A DNA stretch of 64,000 bases from a virus, in IMG/VR virus record IMGVR_UViG_3300024255_000001; one strand, given 5' to 3'. The first letter of the stretch is position 1, and every line of letters starts with the position of its first letter. The position numbers and the translations under genes were made by a program. Under the pieces are notes generated by a model. The model was not told the DNA's origin and made no database searches. It saw only the letters and a list, made by a program, of their open reading frames with translations. Positions 1 to 9,225 of the stretch are shown one piece after another.

Positions 1-112
1 AGGAACGATAAATGATCGGAGTTGGTCCGATATATCTGTCAGGTTTTTCTGGGTTAAAATAGCCTTGTACAAATCCTGAGTTACTGCTTGGTTTTAAGTT
101 CTTTATTGACAT
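1..112 (-). CDS. T4 gp4-like head completion nuclease, N-terminal part (runs off the left edge)
   Basis: Not in the ORF track. ATG at 112 reads MSIKNLKPSSNSGFVQGYFNPEKPDRYIGPTPIIYRS, matching the gp4 GxFxPxxPxxYxG...IIYRS motif; directly downstream of the gp55-like gene. Confidence 0.75.
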   Translation of the reverse strand, partial: MSIKNLKPSSNSGFVQGYFNPEKPDRYIGPTPIIYRS

Positions 113-490
113 TTATATGTTAAACATTCCGCCTTCCGAGCTACCGCTATTGGTGTTAATCTTATCCATAGAAAGTGTATTTTTATATTTCTGTGGATGT
201 AGTTTATTCCAACCCTTAGCGTAACCACGCTTTGCTATTTCTGTAAAATATGCAAATGCATTAGTATATTTAGGATTGAAGTTTCTCCAATACTTTAATA
301 GGTCTAAAATAGCAAATTGTAGACAATCATTTTTATCATCTGAATTTAGATATACTAATCTATTTATTGCTCTTTCAGCCAGAAGTATTAACATTTTCTC
401 TGCGTCGGGCGTTAACTTATCCGCCTCTTTTGAGAGAACAATTTGATCATATAGATCTCTATTGTTTAAGTAATTCTTTTTTCTTGGCAC
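113..490 (-). CDS. T4 gp55-like late sigma factor
   Basis: NYLNNRDLY N-terminus and NFNPKYTNAFAYFTEIA motif typical of gp55; 125 aa, GTG start. Confidence 0.8.
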   Translation of the reverse strand: MPRKKNYLNNRDLYDQIVLSKEADKLTPDAEKMLILLAERAINRLVYLNSDDKNDCLQFAILDLLKYWRNFNPKYTNAFAYFTEIAKRGYAKGWNKLHPQKYKNTLSMDKINTNSGSSEGGMFNI

Positions 491-512
491 GTTTCGTTCT
501 AATTATTTACTA

Positions 513-540
513 ATTATATGAAAAAAAGCCCATTTGTTTC
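513..540 (-). promoter_or_regulatory. GAAACAA-N15-TATAAT promoter for the gp55-like gene
   Basis: Same bipartite motif precedes about ten other genes in the window. Confidence 0.65.
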
Positions 541-553
541 GAAATGGGCTTTT
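521..553. terminator. Intrinsic terminator, probably bidirectional
   Basis: AAAAGCCCATTT-GTTTCG-AAATGGGCTTTT inverted repeat with T-tracts on both strands. Confidence 0.75.
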
Positions 554-581
554 CTAAATTTAAAATTAAAATTTAAAACAA

Positions 582-1769
582 TTATACGTTGTCTTCTTGT
601 GAAATATTAATCTTGTACTTTTCTACTCTGAATGGTTTGTTCTCTACGAATACAGTTAAAATATCATTCTTACCTGCTTGATTAAATTCAACAGCATCAA
701 CTTTAACCTGCGCGTCTTCTGGTAAACCGCCAACCTCACCTTTTAAAGATGCATTTACATAACCATCCTCAATACCTAATTGTTCTTCTTCTAAAACCTT
801 TAAATCTGATTGGATTTTTTTAATTTCAGTTTCGATTAAATTATCTGCAGCTTTAATATCTGGTAATGTTCTATCAACTTCTGCTAATCTACCTCTTTGG
901 TCGAATAGGAAGGATAACATTTCTTTATATAGGTTAATCTTATCATCTTTTACTCTACTAACACTAGCAGCAGCCTCTAATAAATCAGAAAACTGTTCAG
1001 TTATATCTGCACCTGTTTCGGTTGCAACATACTCAACAGCAGCATCTGCTAATAGTTGTTGGAATTTATCTAATTTAGTATCTTCGTTTACTCTATAAGT
1101 ATACACTCTATTTTCTGCTCTCATTGCTAAAACTGTAACTTGACCAGACTTAGATTCTGTTAAGAAATCTAAAACCTTAAAAGTATCAAAGTTTTCTGAA
1201 GCTAATTGAAACATCTCTAAGACTGCTTTATCCTGGTATTTAATATAACCAACATTAAAGAATCTTTCTGATAATCTCTCTTCACTACCCATTGTCACTT
1301 CAATATTACCTGCAAAGAATTTACCTGATTCTTTGTTATATCTAAAGTTAATTGCAATTGAAGAAGATTTAGTCTCTTCTATTTTAGCTTGAGTAGCATC
1401 TAGTTCTTTGGTAACTTCTGTTAGAGCGTCACCCTTTTTACCAGCTAGTTTTAATTCTTTTGCTTTACCTTCTAAAAAGGAAGCAGTTTCATTTAATTCA
1501 GATAAAGTATCGAATGCTTCTACAGCACCCTCTTCTACTTTATTTAGAATTTGTTTTCTATTATAGTCATATAAAAAAGAGATGCCTTCGTTAGTAATTT
1601 CGAAAGACTTATTAGCAGCAACTAGGCTATTAAATAAATCATTATTCTCATCAACCTTCTCAATATGATTGCCTGTAATTTTAAAGTTAGCACCTGCAGC
1701 ATGAAATAGGAAACCTTGTCCTTGTTCTAAAATAGGCGATGTTAATTCTTTGTTTATTGAATTTGTCAT
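582..1769 (-). CDS. Hypothetical protein with coiled-coil segments, probably a late/virion protein
   Basis: 395 aa ORF, GATATATA box at 1796-1803 upstream, terminator downstream. Confidence 0.6.
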   Translation of the reverse strand: MTNSINKELTSPILEQGQGFLFHAAGANFKITGNHIEKVDENNDLFNSLVAANKSFEITNEGISFLYDYNRKQILNKVEEGAVEAFDTLSELNETASFLEGKAKELKLAGKKGDALTEVTKELDATQAKIEETKSSSIAINFRYNKESGKFFAGNIEVTMGSEERLSERFFNVGYIKYQDKAVLEMFQLASENFDTFKVLDFLTESKSGQVTVLAMRAENRVYTYRVNEDTKLDKFQQLLADAAVEYVATETGADITEQFSDLLEAAASVSRVKDDKINLYKEMLSFLFDQRGRLAEVDRTLPDIKAADNLIETEIKKIQSDLKVLEEEQLGIEDGYVNASLKGEVGGLPEDAQVKVDAVEFNQAGKNDILTVFVENKPFRVEKYKINISQEDNV

Positions 1770-1794
1770 TTCAAATTATTTATGTTTTCTTATA

Positions 1795-2853
1795 CTATAT
1801 ATCATCCAAATTTCCTTTCACAGAGAAGTTATCACCGAAGAGCGCTGAATTAGGCTCATCCTTAGGTGGGACGACTATATTACTATTTCCAATTGTAAAC
1901 ATTCTATTCGATTGTTTCTTACGTCTAGATACTCTCTTAATCTGAGTTTCTGTATTCTGTAGATTACCTAAAGTGGCTGCTACTGCTGGATCTGAGCAAC
2001 TTAAACCATCTTCAACTTTTATCCATTCAATACCGTTTGATTCCCATTTAGCAGGATAATAACTATCATAATAAACATTAGGTGTAAAACCTGGATCGAT
2101 AAACCCATTTGGATTTTCATAATCACCACATACAGCATTTGCATAATTAGTTCTTGTATACTTTCTATAAGTATCTTCTTCAAAATCAAATGAAGGTATA
2201 AACGAATTAATTTCTAAACTAAATGTTATTTTATGGTTTGCTTTATCATCAAATGAATATTCAATTGGACGTTCTTGTGTATAATCTTCTGGCATCATAT
2301 ACTCAGATGAGATTCTATAAGTACCCTCTTCTAAATGTCCAGCATCTACATGATAAAAATTAGCCTTATACATTTTTTTAACAATAGCCTCTGTAACTTT
2401 AAATAGATCTAACTGACTTGATACTAAAATCTCAATATCGACTCCTAATACTACTGGAATCATCTCAAACTCAGCGACAAAGCCTTCCATTAGACCCTGC
2501 TCATTCATCATCGAGTATTGACCCATATTTCTTTTATTAACTAGCTTAGCAGGGTCTACATTAAATGATGTTAGATTTACAATACCTCTTGGGATTTTAT
2601 CATAATTACCATCTGCGAATTCACCATCAGGGTCACAGCCTAGCCCATTGACATTAGAGAATAAGAAATTATCTTTCATAAAATTCTCATCACCAGAAAC
2701 TGCGTAAAAGAAGGGTACATCTACCTCGGCTCTCTCATCATTACTAATCTGTCTCCAAAAGCTTAATTTGCTATTGAGGTCTGCTAATAGTCCGACAACA
2801 ACATGTCTAATAACTGAGTCGTCTTTATTAAATTTTAAATTATATGTAGCCAT
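1795..2853 (-). CDS. T4 gp15-like tail terminator/completion protein
   Basis: IRHVVVGLL...VPFFYA...PRGIVNLTSF..D..KL...PV pattern resembles gp15; late box upstream. Confidence 0.6.
   Translation of the reverse strand: MATYNLKFNKDDSVIRHVVVGLLADLNSKLSFWRQISNDERAEVDVPFFYAVSGDENFMKDNFLFSNVNGLGCDPDGEFADGNYDKIPRGIVNLTSFNVDPAKLVNKRNMGQYSMMNEQGLMEGFVAEFEMIPVVLGVDIEILVSSQLDLFKVTEAIVKKMYKANFYHVDAGHLEEGTYRISSEYMMPEDYTQERPIEYSFDDKANHKITFSLEINSFIPSFDFEEDTYRKYTRTNYANAVCGDYENPNGFIDPGFTPNVYYDSYYPAKWESNGIEWIKVEDGLSCSDPAVAATLGNLQNTETQIKRVSRRKKQSNRMFTIGNSNIVVPPKDEPNSALFGDNFSVKGNLDDI
1796..1803 (-). promoter_or_regulatory. Late-type promoter box GATATATA
   Basis: Recurrent octamer upstream of structural genes. 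Confidence 0.6.
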
Positions 2854-2857
2854 AGAT

Positions 2858-2865
2858 TATATATC
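2858..2865 (-). promoter_or_regulatory. Late-type promoter box GATATATA
   Basis: 4 nt upstream of the ATG at 2853. Confidence 0.6.
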
Positions 2866-2881
2866 AACATTTACTGGTAAC

Positions 2882-2913
2882 AAAAATGGCCAATATTTCT
2901 ATTGGCCATTTTT
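2882..2913. terminator. Intrinsic terminator
   Basis: AAAAATGGCCAAT-ATTTCT-ATTGGCCATTTTT perfect inverted repeat. Confidence 0.8.
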
Positions 2914-2934
2914 AATTATTTTGGTTAAGTTCTA

Positions 2935-3741
2935 TTAATAACTAGTGTCGTTACCATTACATTCATTACCGGTTGGATCTGCATTCCATTCCGGAACTGC
3001 ATCACCGATTGGAGAAGGTGTTACGTCAGCTAATCCAGCGGCAGATTGAGATAAAGAACATATTTGTCTTGCTTGTCCAACACCAAGTGGTGAAGAAGCT
3101 GTCGCTGCTGTTGGATTTTCAATATCAGCTTGCTGTAGTGGATAATATTTATACATTACAGGATTTCCACTTTCGTTAAGTAGTGACCAAATTTCACCAG
3201 CGTAACTTGTAAGTGTAGTTGTAGTTGTAGTTGCCTCAGCTACAAAGTTAGTATAATAATCTAGGTTACTATCTGCCCAAGTTTTCCATGTTGCTGCAGG
3301 AGCCTTATCTTGGGGCATTGACCCGTTATTAAGTACATTTCCGGCGTCTTCATTTAACTGCTTAATATGTTTAATTGCTGCAACAAAAGCATCATTACCA
3401 GTTCCAGCTTTAAATCTAATATACGCATTGCTTTCTTCTAACTGAGGATTGTCCGCATTATCAGGCGGAGGTGTAGGTTGTGTACCTGTTGTTGTAGATA
3501 GTTGAGGTTGTCCCTCATTGTTACAAATTAAATATGCTATGTGCCATGTAAATCCTGCTCTAGCTTCATTTATCCCGTTAATCCAATAAGAATCAGTTAA
3601 TCCTGAATAGACATTAGATTCTGCTTGTTGATTAGCACGAATTAATCTAGTATTAGGCCCAAAGGCTGTATAATTTGAAGGTGCTGAATGAACGGTACCT
3701 GTGAAAACAGACCATATTCTTGAATTGGTGTTGGTAGCCAT
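2935..3741 (-). CDS. Hypothetical late protein with Thr/Pro-rich linkers (possible virion decoration protein)
   Basis: 268 aa, TTTTTT and PTPPP linkers; has its own late box (3770-3777) and terminator. Confidence 0.5.
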   Translation of the reverse strand: MATNTNSRIWSVFTGTVHSAPSNYTAFGPNTRLIRANQQAESNVYSGLTDSYWINGINEARAGFTWHIAYLICNNEGQPQLSTTTGTQPTPPPDNADNPQLEESNAYIRFKAGTGNDAFVAAIKHIKQLNEDAGNVLNNGSMPQDKAPAATWKTWADSNLDYYTNFVAEATTTTTTLTSYAGEIWSLLNESGNPVMYKYYPLQQADIENPTAATASSPLGVGQARQICSLSQSAAGLADVTPSPIGDAVPEWNADPTGNECNGNDTSY

Positions 3742-3769
3742 AATTAGTTTTTAATCTTTTTTGTTTTAT

Positions 3770-3777
3770 TATATATC
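3770..3777 (-). promoter_or_regulatory. Late-type promoter box GATATATA
   Basis: In the short gap between gp46 and the 2935-3741 gene. Confidence 0.6.
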
Positions 3778-3781
3778 CCCG

Positions 3782-5452
3782 TTAATCTATACTTTCGATA
3801 GTAAACTTAGAGAAGCCATTCTCTCTATATATTTGAATCTTCTTATCAAATATCTCATGGGGTAACACAGAGTGGTTGATTACAAAAGTATTTATCTTAT
3901 GTTCTTTGATAACTTGATTAAGTATCTTAAGAATATTATAGACTCCATCATGGTCTACAGAAGATAATAACTCATCTAAGAAAAGAAGGTTTAGTTGCGG
4001 GAACCTTAGTTTTAGTATTTTAATAATAGCAACAATAACAATAAAGTCTGCCTTCTTACGCTCACCTGTTGAAAGTGTCATTGGATTAATATCTTCACCA
4101 AGGTGATTAATAATACAATTAAACTTTTCATCAAATCTAATATGGAATTGTAGGTGCATGGTTTGAGCCATGGCTGCAATATTAGTATTAAGTCCTGGTA
4201 GAATAGTTTTAACTGCTAAGTTCTTGACACCATCTTCTCCTAAGACTTGTTCAACGATTTCCATAAAGTTGTAGTCTACATTTAACTGATCTTTACTTAC
4301 AGATTTCTCAGCCTCTTTCTCTTCAAACTCTGTAATAAGTCCTCTTAAGTGATCGAAGTCAGCTCCTTCTGGAGTATCTTTTAACTTCATTAATTCCGCC
4401 TTAAGACCACGCATCGTTACTTTATTATCTGAGATCTGACCTTCTAAATCTAGTTTAGCAGTTCTAGCCTTTAAAACTTTATCTTGTAGAGCATCCATCT
4501 CTGTTTTAATAGACTTAATATCATTTGTACTGGCATCAATCTTTTCAGTAAAAGAATCTTTTTGTTTTACGTGCCAATCAGAAGTTAACTTAGTTTCACA
4601 TGTTGGGCAATGTCCACTTTCATATAACTTTAATTTCTTATTTAGATAATCAATTTCTCTTTTAATATCTCCAGCCTCAGTTCTCTTTTCATTGTAGTCT
4701 TTATTGAACTTATTCATCGCATCTTCTTCCTTCGTACGATTAGCTTCAATATCTAATACAGTCTCATGTAGAGTAACTAATTGGTCTTTTAATTCTTGGA
4801 TCTTAGATTTATTTGCAGTTTTAGATTCTGCAAGTAGAGTATTTAATTTACCTTTAACTGATCCAATTGAATTCATTATCTCATTTAACTCAGCATCATA
4901 AGCATCAATATCAAATTTAATATCTCTACGTTCGTCTTTGATTTGCCTTTGCATATCATTAAGAATAGAGAAACCAAACATTCTATCAATAATCTGCTTC
5001 TTGTCTTGATTTGACATAGTTAAAAATGATTTGAAATCATTTACTGATAGAATAATTATATTCTTAAATACGTGATATGGAATACCGAATACTTCGTCTT
5101 CTAAATACTCTTGTACAGATTTCTTACCTGCTTTATCAAACTCAACTCCATTAATTAAGACGCTAAATCTATTTGGTGCAATACCACGCTCTATTTCTAT
5201 AGCCATAGTACCACATTGTAAACCAATCTTTACATGAAGTTCTTTGTTAATACGATTAGGTAGGTCTGCTAATTTAACACCTTCTACTTTTCCATATAGA
5301 GCATAGATAATAGCATTAGCAATAGTAGTTTTACCATCACCATTTTTACCTAGAGTTAAAAATAACTCAGATGTATCTTGTTTAAAATCTATTCTTTGTC
5401 TTTGGTTTCCGTATGAAGCAAAGTTCTTAAACTCAATATAGTCTATTCTCAT
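3782..5452 (-). CDS. Rad50/SbcC-like recombination ATPase (T4 gp46)
   Basis: Walker A GKNGDGKT, zinc hook CPTC inside coiled coil, signature LSTGE, Walker B LLFLDE. Confidence 0.95.
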   Translation of the reverse strand: MRIDYIEFKNFASYGNQRQRIDFKQDTSELFLTLGKNGDGKTTIANAIIYALYGKVEGVKLADLPNRINKELHVKIGLQCGTMAIEIERGIAPNRFSVLINGVEFDKAGKKSVQEYLEDEVFGIPYHVFKNIIILSVNDFKSFLTMSNQDKKQIIDRMFGFSILNDMQRQIKDERRDIKFDIDAYDAELNEIMNSIGSVKGKLNTLLAESKTANKSKIQELKDQLVTLHETVLDIEANRTKEEDAMNKFNKDYNEKRTEAGDIKREIDYLNKKLKLYESGHCPTCETKLTSDWHVKQKDSFTEKIDASTNDIKSIKTEMDALQDKVLKARTAKLDLEGQISDNKVTMRGLKAELMKLKDTPEGADFDHLRGLITEFEEKEAEKSVSKDQLNVDYNFMEIVEQVLGEDGVKNLAVKTILPGLNTNIAAMAQTMHLQFHIRFDEKFNCIINHLGEDINPMTLSTGERKKADFIVIVAIIKILKLRFPQLNLLFLDELLSSVDHDGVYNILKILNQVIKEHKINTFVINHSVLPHEIFDKKIQIYRENGFSKFTIESID

Positions 5453-6567
5453 TATTTGTCGGTGTCATAATTGTAAGCACATTGCGTATACAATTGTTTT
5501 AACTTGCTCTTTAGTTTTAGAGCTAAATCCTCGTCTTGTTTCATACCATCAATATACATATTGCAAAGATTAAGAATATTGTAATTCTTGTACATCTCTT
5601 CAATTTCATTAATGTCATAAAAGTCTTTATCGATATATGAATCTTCTTCATAAATATTCGGTTCTAACTTTCTAGAAATATTTTGAATTTCATTAACCAA
5701 CTGGCTCAATGCATTGGTTGTAGCGATTTGCGATGGTACGAATAGATCTACAAAGTTATTTCTTATTTGCTCCTTAAACTTGCCGAGAGGCATATCATAT
5801 AGCGCTTTAATATTGTATCTTAAAAACTTAGGGGAAATATGATTCTCAAAGAAAGTCTCTTCCATTGTTTCTAGATTAACTAGGTCAAATCCTTTCGTAT
5901 TATCTCTATCAGATCTTGTTAATTGATATGGTACACCGACCATTAGTAGTTTACCTCTTTCCTGTCTAAAGTGAATATGACCAGAGTAAACTCTTGTATA
6001 TTTGTCATAGATGTTAGAATCTGTACCATGCTCATTTTTAACTTTAGCATTAAGGTAAATACCTCTAACTTCTGAGTGACAATATACAATATCTGCTTGT
6101 GGATAATCTGCTAGAGTTTCTGCTTCATGTTCTGCATCTCTTCTCCACGGCATTAATAATATATTCTTACCAGACCAATTTAAAAGTTCTGGCTCTTTGT
6201 AAACCTGTACATTAGGAATCCATTTTAAACTATCGATTGATGAAATATCATTTGAATTCTTAGCCCAAATATCATGGTTACCACAGATTACATAACATGG
6301 TAGAATTTGACCTAGTCTTTCAAATAGATCCACGGCATAGCTTAATACCTTAATATTAATAGACTGTCTATTATCAAAGGTATCTCCTACTTGTACTAAT
6401 ACATCACCTGGTTGTACATGCTTCTTCAATGTTGGGATAAACATATTCTCGAAGAAGTCTTTTTGGATATTTAGCCACTCGACCGAGTTTGCTCTTACAC
6501 CAAAGTGTAAGTCTCCAAGGACCCATACTCTTTTAGCTCCCTGTTTAATTACCTTGGGTTCAATCAT
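5452..6567 (-). CDS. Mre11/SbcD-like nuclease (T4 gp47)
   Basis: GDLHFG, GDTFD, GNHD, SGHIH phosphoesterase motifs; adjacent to gp46. Confidence 0.93.
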   Translation of the reverse strand: MIEPKVIKQGAKRVWVLGDLHFGVRANSVEWLNIQKDFFENMFIPTLKKHVQPGDVLVQVGDTFDNRQSINIKVLSYAVDLFERLGQILPCYVICGNHDIWAKNSNDISSIDSLKWIPNVQVYKEPELLNWSGKNILLMPWRRDAEHEAETLADYPQADIVYCHSEVRGIYLNAKVKNEHGTDSNIYDKYTRVYSGHIHFRQERGKLLMVGVPYQLTRSDRDNTKGFDLVNLETMEETFFENHISPKFLRYNIKALYDMPLGKFKEQIRNNFVDLFVPSQIATTNALSQLVNEIQNISRKLEPNIYEEDSYIDKDFYDINEIEEMYKNYNILNLCNMYIDGMKQDEDLALKLKSKLKQLYTQCAYNYDTDK

Positions 6568-7002
6568 TTAAAATAACTTTTTAATGTTCTTCTTTTCTAA
6601 AATACCTGTTTTTCTATCTAGCTCTTGAATAAGATCTTCCTTATATACATTTGAAAGTGAACTATAGAATTTTACAGGTCTAATATCAAAGTAAATACAC
6701 ATTTCACTAAAAATATCGATGCGACTCCATTTAGCCTGCATATCACCTATAATATAGCCGTAAACTTCATTAATATCCGTCTTTCTTAGTTTATTACATT
6801 TACCTAGTTCGTCTACCTCATTAAAAATTTTAAACCTAGAAACTGTAATTAGATCATGTATCGTACGAGCTATCATCTCGTAATGAATCTTTTCCTCTTC
6901 GTCTAGTTCTTCTCTTAATGATGGATCCAACTCAAAACTAATATTACTTAGTTCAAATTCTGGTGTGTCAAAACTGTTATTAAAAATTTTATCATTTGCC
7001 AT
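6568..7002 (-). CDS. Hypothetical protein, possibly a gp33-like late-transcription coactivator
   Basis: C-terminal IDIFSEMCIYFDI.P...LS..YKEDL..EL spacing recalls gp33; ends in KKLF. Confidence 0.4.
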   Translation of the reverse strand: MANDKIFNNSFDTPEFELSNISFELDPSLREELDEEEKIHYEMIARTIHDLITVSRFKIFNEVDELGKCNKLRKTDINEVYGYIIGDMQAKWSRIDIFSEMCIYFDIRPVKFYSSLSNVYKEDLIQELDRKTGILEKKNIKKLF

Positions 7003-7019
7003 ATTTAATTTTGTTTATT

Positions 7020-8336
7020 TTAAATGCTATGAATGCTAGAAGTACTAATATCTTCTGTTTCTATTAATCGCATAAAGTTATAGTCAACATTCAACTTACA
7101 TTTATTTCCTTTACCCTCACCATCTCTAATCTTAAGTACCTTTAACCAATACTCTTGGTTAGCACGCATTAAGTCGTCTTGAATAATACCAAGCATTACG
7201 TCAGCTGTATGTGAAAGACCTGCAGATTCTGCAACGTCTGACATGGAAATATCTGAAGAATTATAGCCGTTTCTGTTTATTTGAGTTGCAGTGACGATCA
7301 ACCAATTGTTACGCATACCCATAGCACGAAGGTCCTCTGCAATTTGCTTGATCTTCATATATGTATTCTCCGTATTTTGGTTACGATAATTGGCTAAGAT
7401 GTTAATATAGTCAATTACAACTGCGCCTACTTTAATCTGTAACTCCTCTTCTATTTGTGCAACGTAAGCTTCAATATCTAAGACTGTAGCTTGTGATGTT
7501 GGAAATTGTTTTACATAAAGATTTCCAGGTGGAGTAAATCCATCTCCAACCGTTTCTAATCTTCTTTTAATGTGATCTCTATTTTTTGCCTTCTCAGCAT
7601 AATCATTAATACTAATATTAAGAAGGTTCGAACCAATTCTTTTTACAAATTTATGGGCTGCCATTTCCGCAGTAATTACTACAGTATTAGTTCCCATCTT
7701 AACAAAGTTAGCTGCGTCGTTTGCTAAGTAAATAGATTTACCAATATTCTGTTCACCAGCATAAACTACAAGGTTACCGCCTTTGTCATAACCACCGCCT
7801 AACATTCTATCTAAGAAATTGTAACCTGTACTAACTTTCTCAGATTCTTTCTGGTCGTGGGCATCAAAATCAAAGAAGTTAAGACCAAGATCAGAATTAA
7901 ATGTTAGGTTATTTCTATCGTTAATTAAACCCTTTACTTTGGTTACGATAGCTTCTACGTTTTCTGGATTAACATCAGTGGTTTTAATATACTCAATTGT
8001 ATCTGTCAATGAGTTATTAAACGTTCTCCACTTAATCCAAGCTTCTGCAGTATTAGTTAGCCACTCTTCATCGTATTTGTCTAGGTCTACATCAAAGATC
8101 ATATCTAAGATACCTTCTGAAACTCTCTCCTTAGACTTAGGATGATTTTGAACTAATAGCTTTAAATTCTCTCTAGTTGGAGTCTCATTAAATTTAGCAT
8201 AGAACTTATTAGCTAAAAAACTTAAGGCATCAATTTCTTCTGAAGCATAGAAGTTAAATTTAATTGCCTGTAGGTATTTTGGCTTCTCTAATGAGATTCT
8301 AAAGAATATTTTTTCAAAGTCTTGTCCGAACTGCAT
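7020..8336 (-). CDS. DnaB-like replicative helicase (T4 gp41)
   Basis: Walker A GEQNIGKS, VVIDY, TATQINR, AESAGL, KIRDG motifs. Confidence 0.93.
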   Translation of the reverse strand: MQFGQDFEKIFFRISLEKPKYLQAIKFNFYASEEIDALSFLANKFYAKFNETPTRENLKLLVQNHPKSKERVSEGILDMIFDVDLDKYDEEWLTNTAEAWIKWRTFNNSLTDTIEYIKTTDVNPENVEAIVTKVKGLINDRNNLTFNSDLGLNFFDFDAHDQKESEKVSTGYNFLDRMLGGGYDKGGNLVVYAGEQNIGKSIYLANDAANFVKMGTNTVVITAEMAAHKFVKRIGSNLLNISINDYAEKAKNRDHIKRRLETVGDGFTPPGNLYVKQFPTSQATVLDIEAYVAQIEEELQIKVGAVVIDYINILANYRNQNTENTYMKIKQIAEDLRAMGMRNNWLIVTATQINRNGYNSSDISMSDVAESAGLSHTADVMLGIIQDDLMRANQEYWLKVLKIRDGEGKGNKCKLNVDYNFMRLIETEDISTSSIHSI

Positions 8337-8350
8337 ATTATTGTTTTTAC

Positions 8351-8929
8351 TTATTCTATGATTAATTCACCGATTTGTTTAGAATATGGTTCCTTTTCCC
8401 ATAGATTAATTGCTATTGCCTTTCTAGTACCGCGTGTAACTTGCTGTACTGTATGTGGATCTTGTCCAGCTTGAAATATGATAAATCTATTAGGTCTTGC
8501 TTTGATGATCTCTGGGGTTGATTCTCGGCCATCTGCATATATAGCTAATTCACCGCCATCAAAATCTTGTCCTGGTGGATAATATACACTACCTATTAAT
8601 GGACTTACAACTTCTTTTGTTTTTTGCCACCACGCTTCATCTTTATCAAAATGGATTGGTAGATTATTAATATAACCGTCATTTAGATTATCTGCAGACT
8701 GATGTCCAGTCCAATATTCAAAACCATCTATATTAAATTGCTCGCTAATAGGACAGTGGTCTCCCCAGACATATTGAATTATACGTTGAGTTGTATTTTT
8801 AGCCGGAGTATTCCACCAGCCGCTATACCATTTGTATGCGCCAGGCTCTTTAAAGATCTGACTATAATTCTGTTCTATTTCTTTTAATAGATTTTCATCT
8901 TTAATAAAATTATCAAATACTGCTATCAT
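8351..8929 (-). CDS. 2OG-Fe(II) oxygenase (prolyl-hydroxylase-like)
   Basis: HFD...GGEL...HTVQQVTRGTR gives the HxD...H triad and the 2OG-binding Arg. Confidence 0.8.
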   Translation of the reverse strand: MIAVFDNFIKDENLLKEIEQNYSQIFKEPGAYKWYSGWWNTPAKNTTQRIIQYVWGDHCPISEQFNIDGFEYWTGHQSADNLNDGYINNLPIHFDKDEAWWQKTKEVVSPLIGSVYYPPGQDFDGGELAIYADGRESTPEIIKARPNRFIIFQAGQDPHTVQQVTRGTRKAIAINLWEKEPYSKQIGELIIE

Positions 8930-9225
8930 TCAAATGGGTTAATTAAGATTTTAAAAGACTCTTTACCAGGCTCTTCATTTGTTTGTTCACATAAACCTAA
9001 TATTACCAATTCTTTTGCAGATTCTAAAATTTTATCTGGATCTGATTCTGGGAATCTATAAGTTTTTAATGCATGGTAGGTAAAGCTACCTTTATATCTG
9101 TCAGGATTTCTATTGCAGAGTTTTACTTCAGCTTGTAAAACGTCTAGCGCCGTAGGATAATCTGGTAGATCTTTTTCTATCCCTAGGATATACTTGATCG
9201 GCAGTTTATCTTTATTCAACTTCAT
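8926..9225 (-). CDS. Hypothetical protein (possible winged helix)
   Basis: 99 aa, overlaps both neighbours in operon fashion. Confidence 0.55.
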   Translation of the reverse strand: MKLNKDKLPIKYILGIEKDLPDYPTALDVLQAEVKLCNRNPDRYKGSFTYHALKTYRFPESDPDKILESAKELVILGLCEQTNEEPGKESFKILINPFE

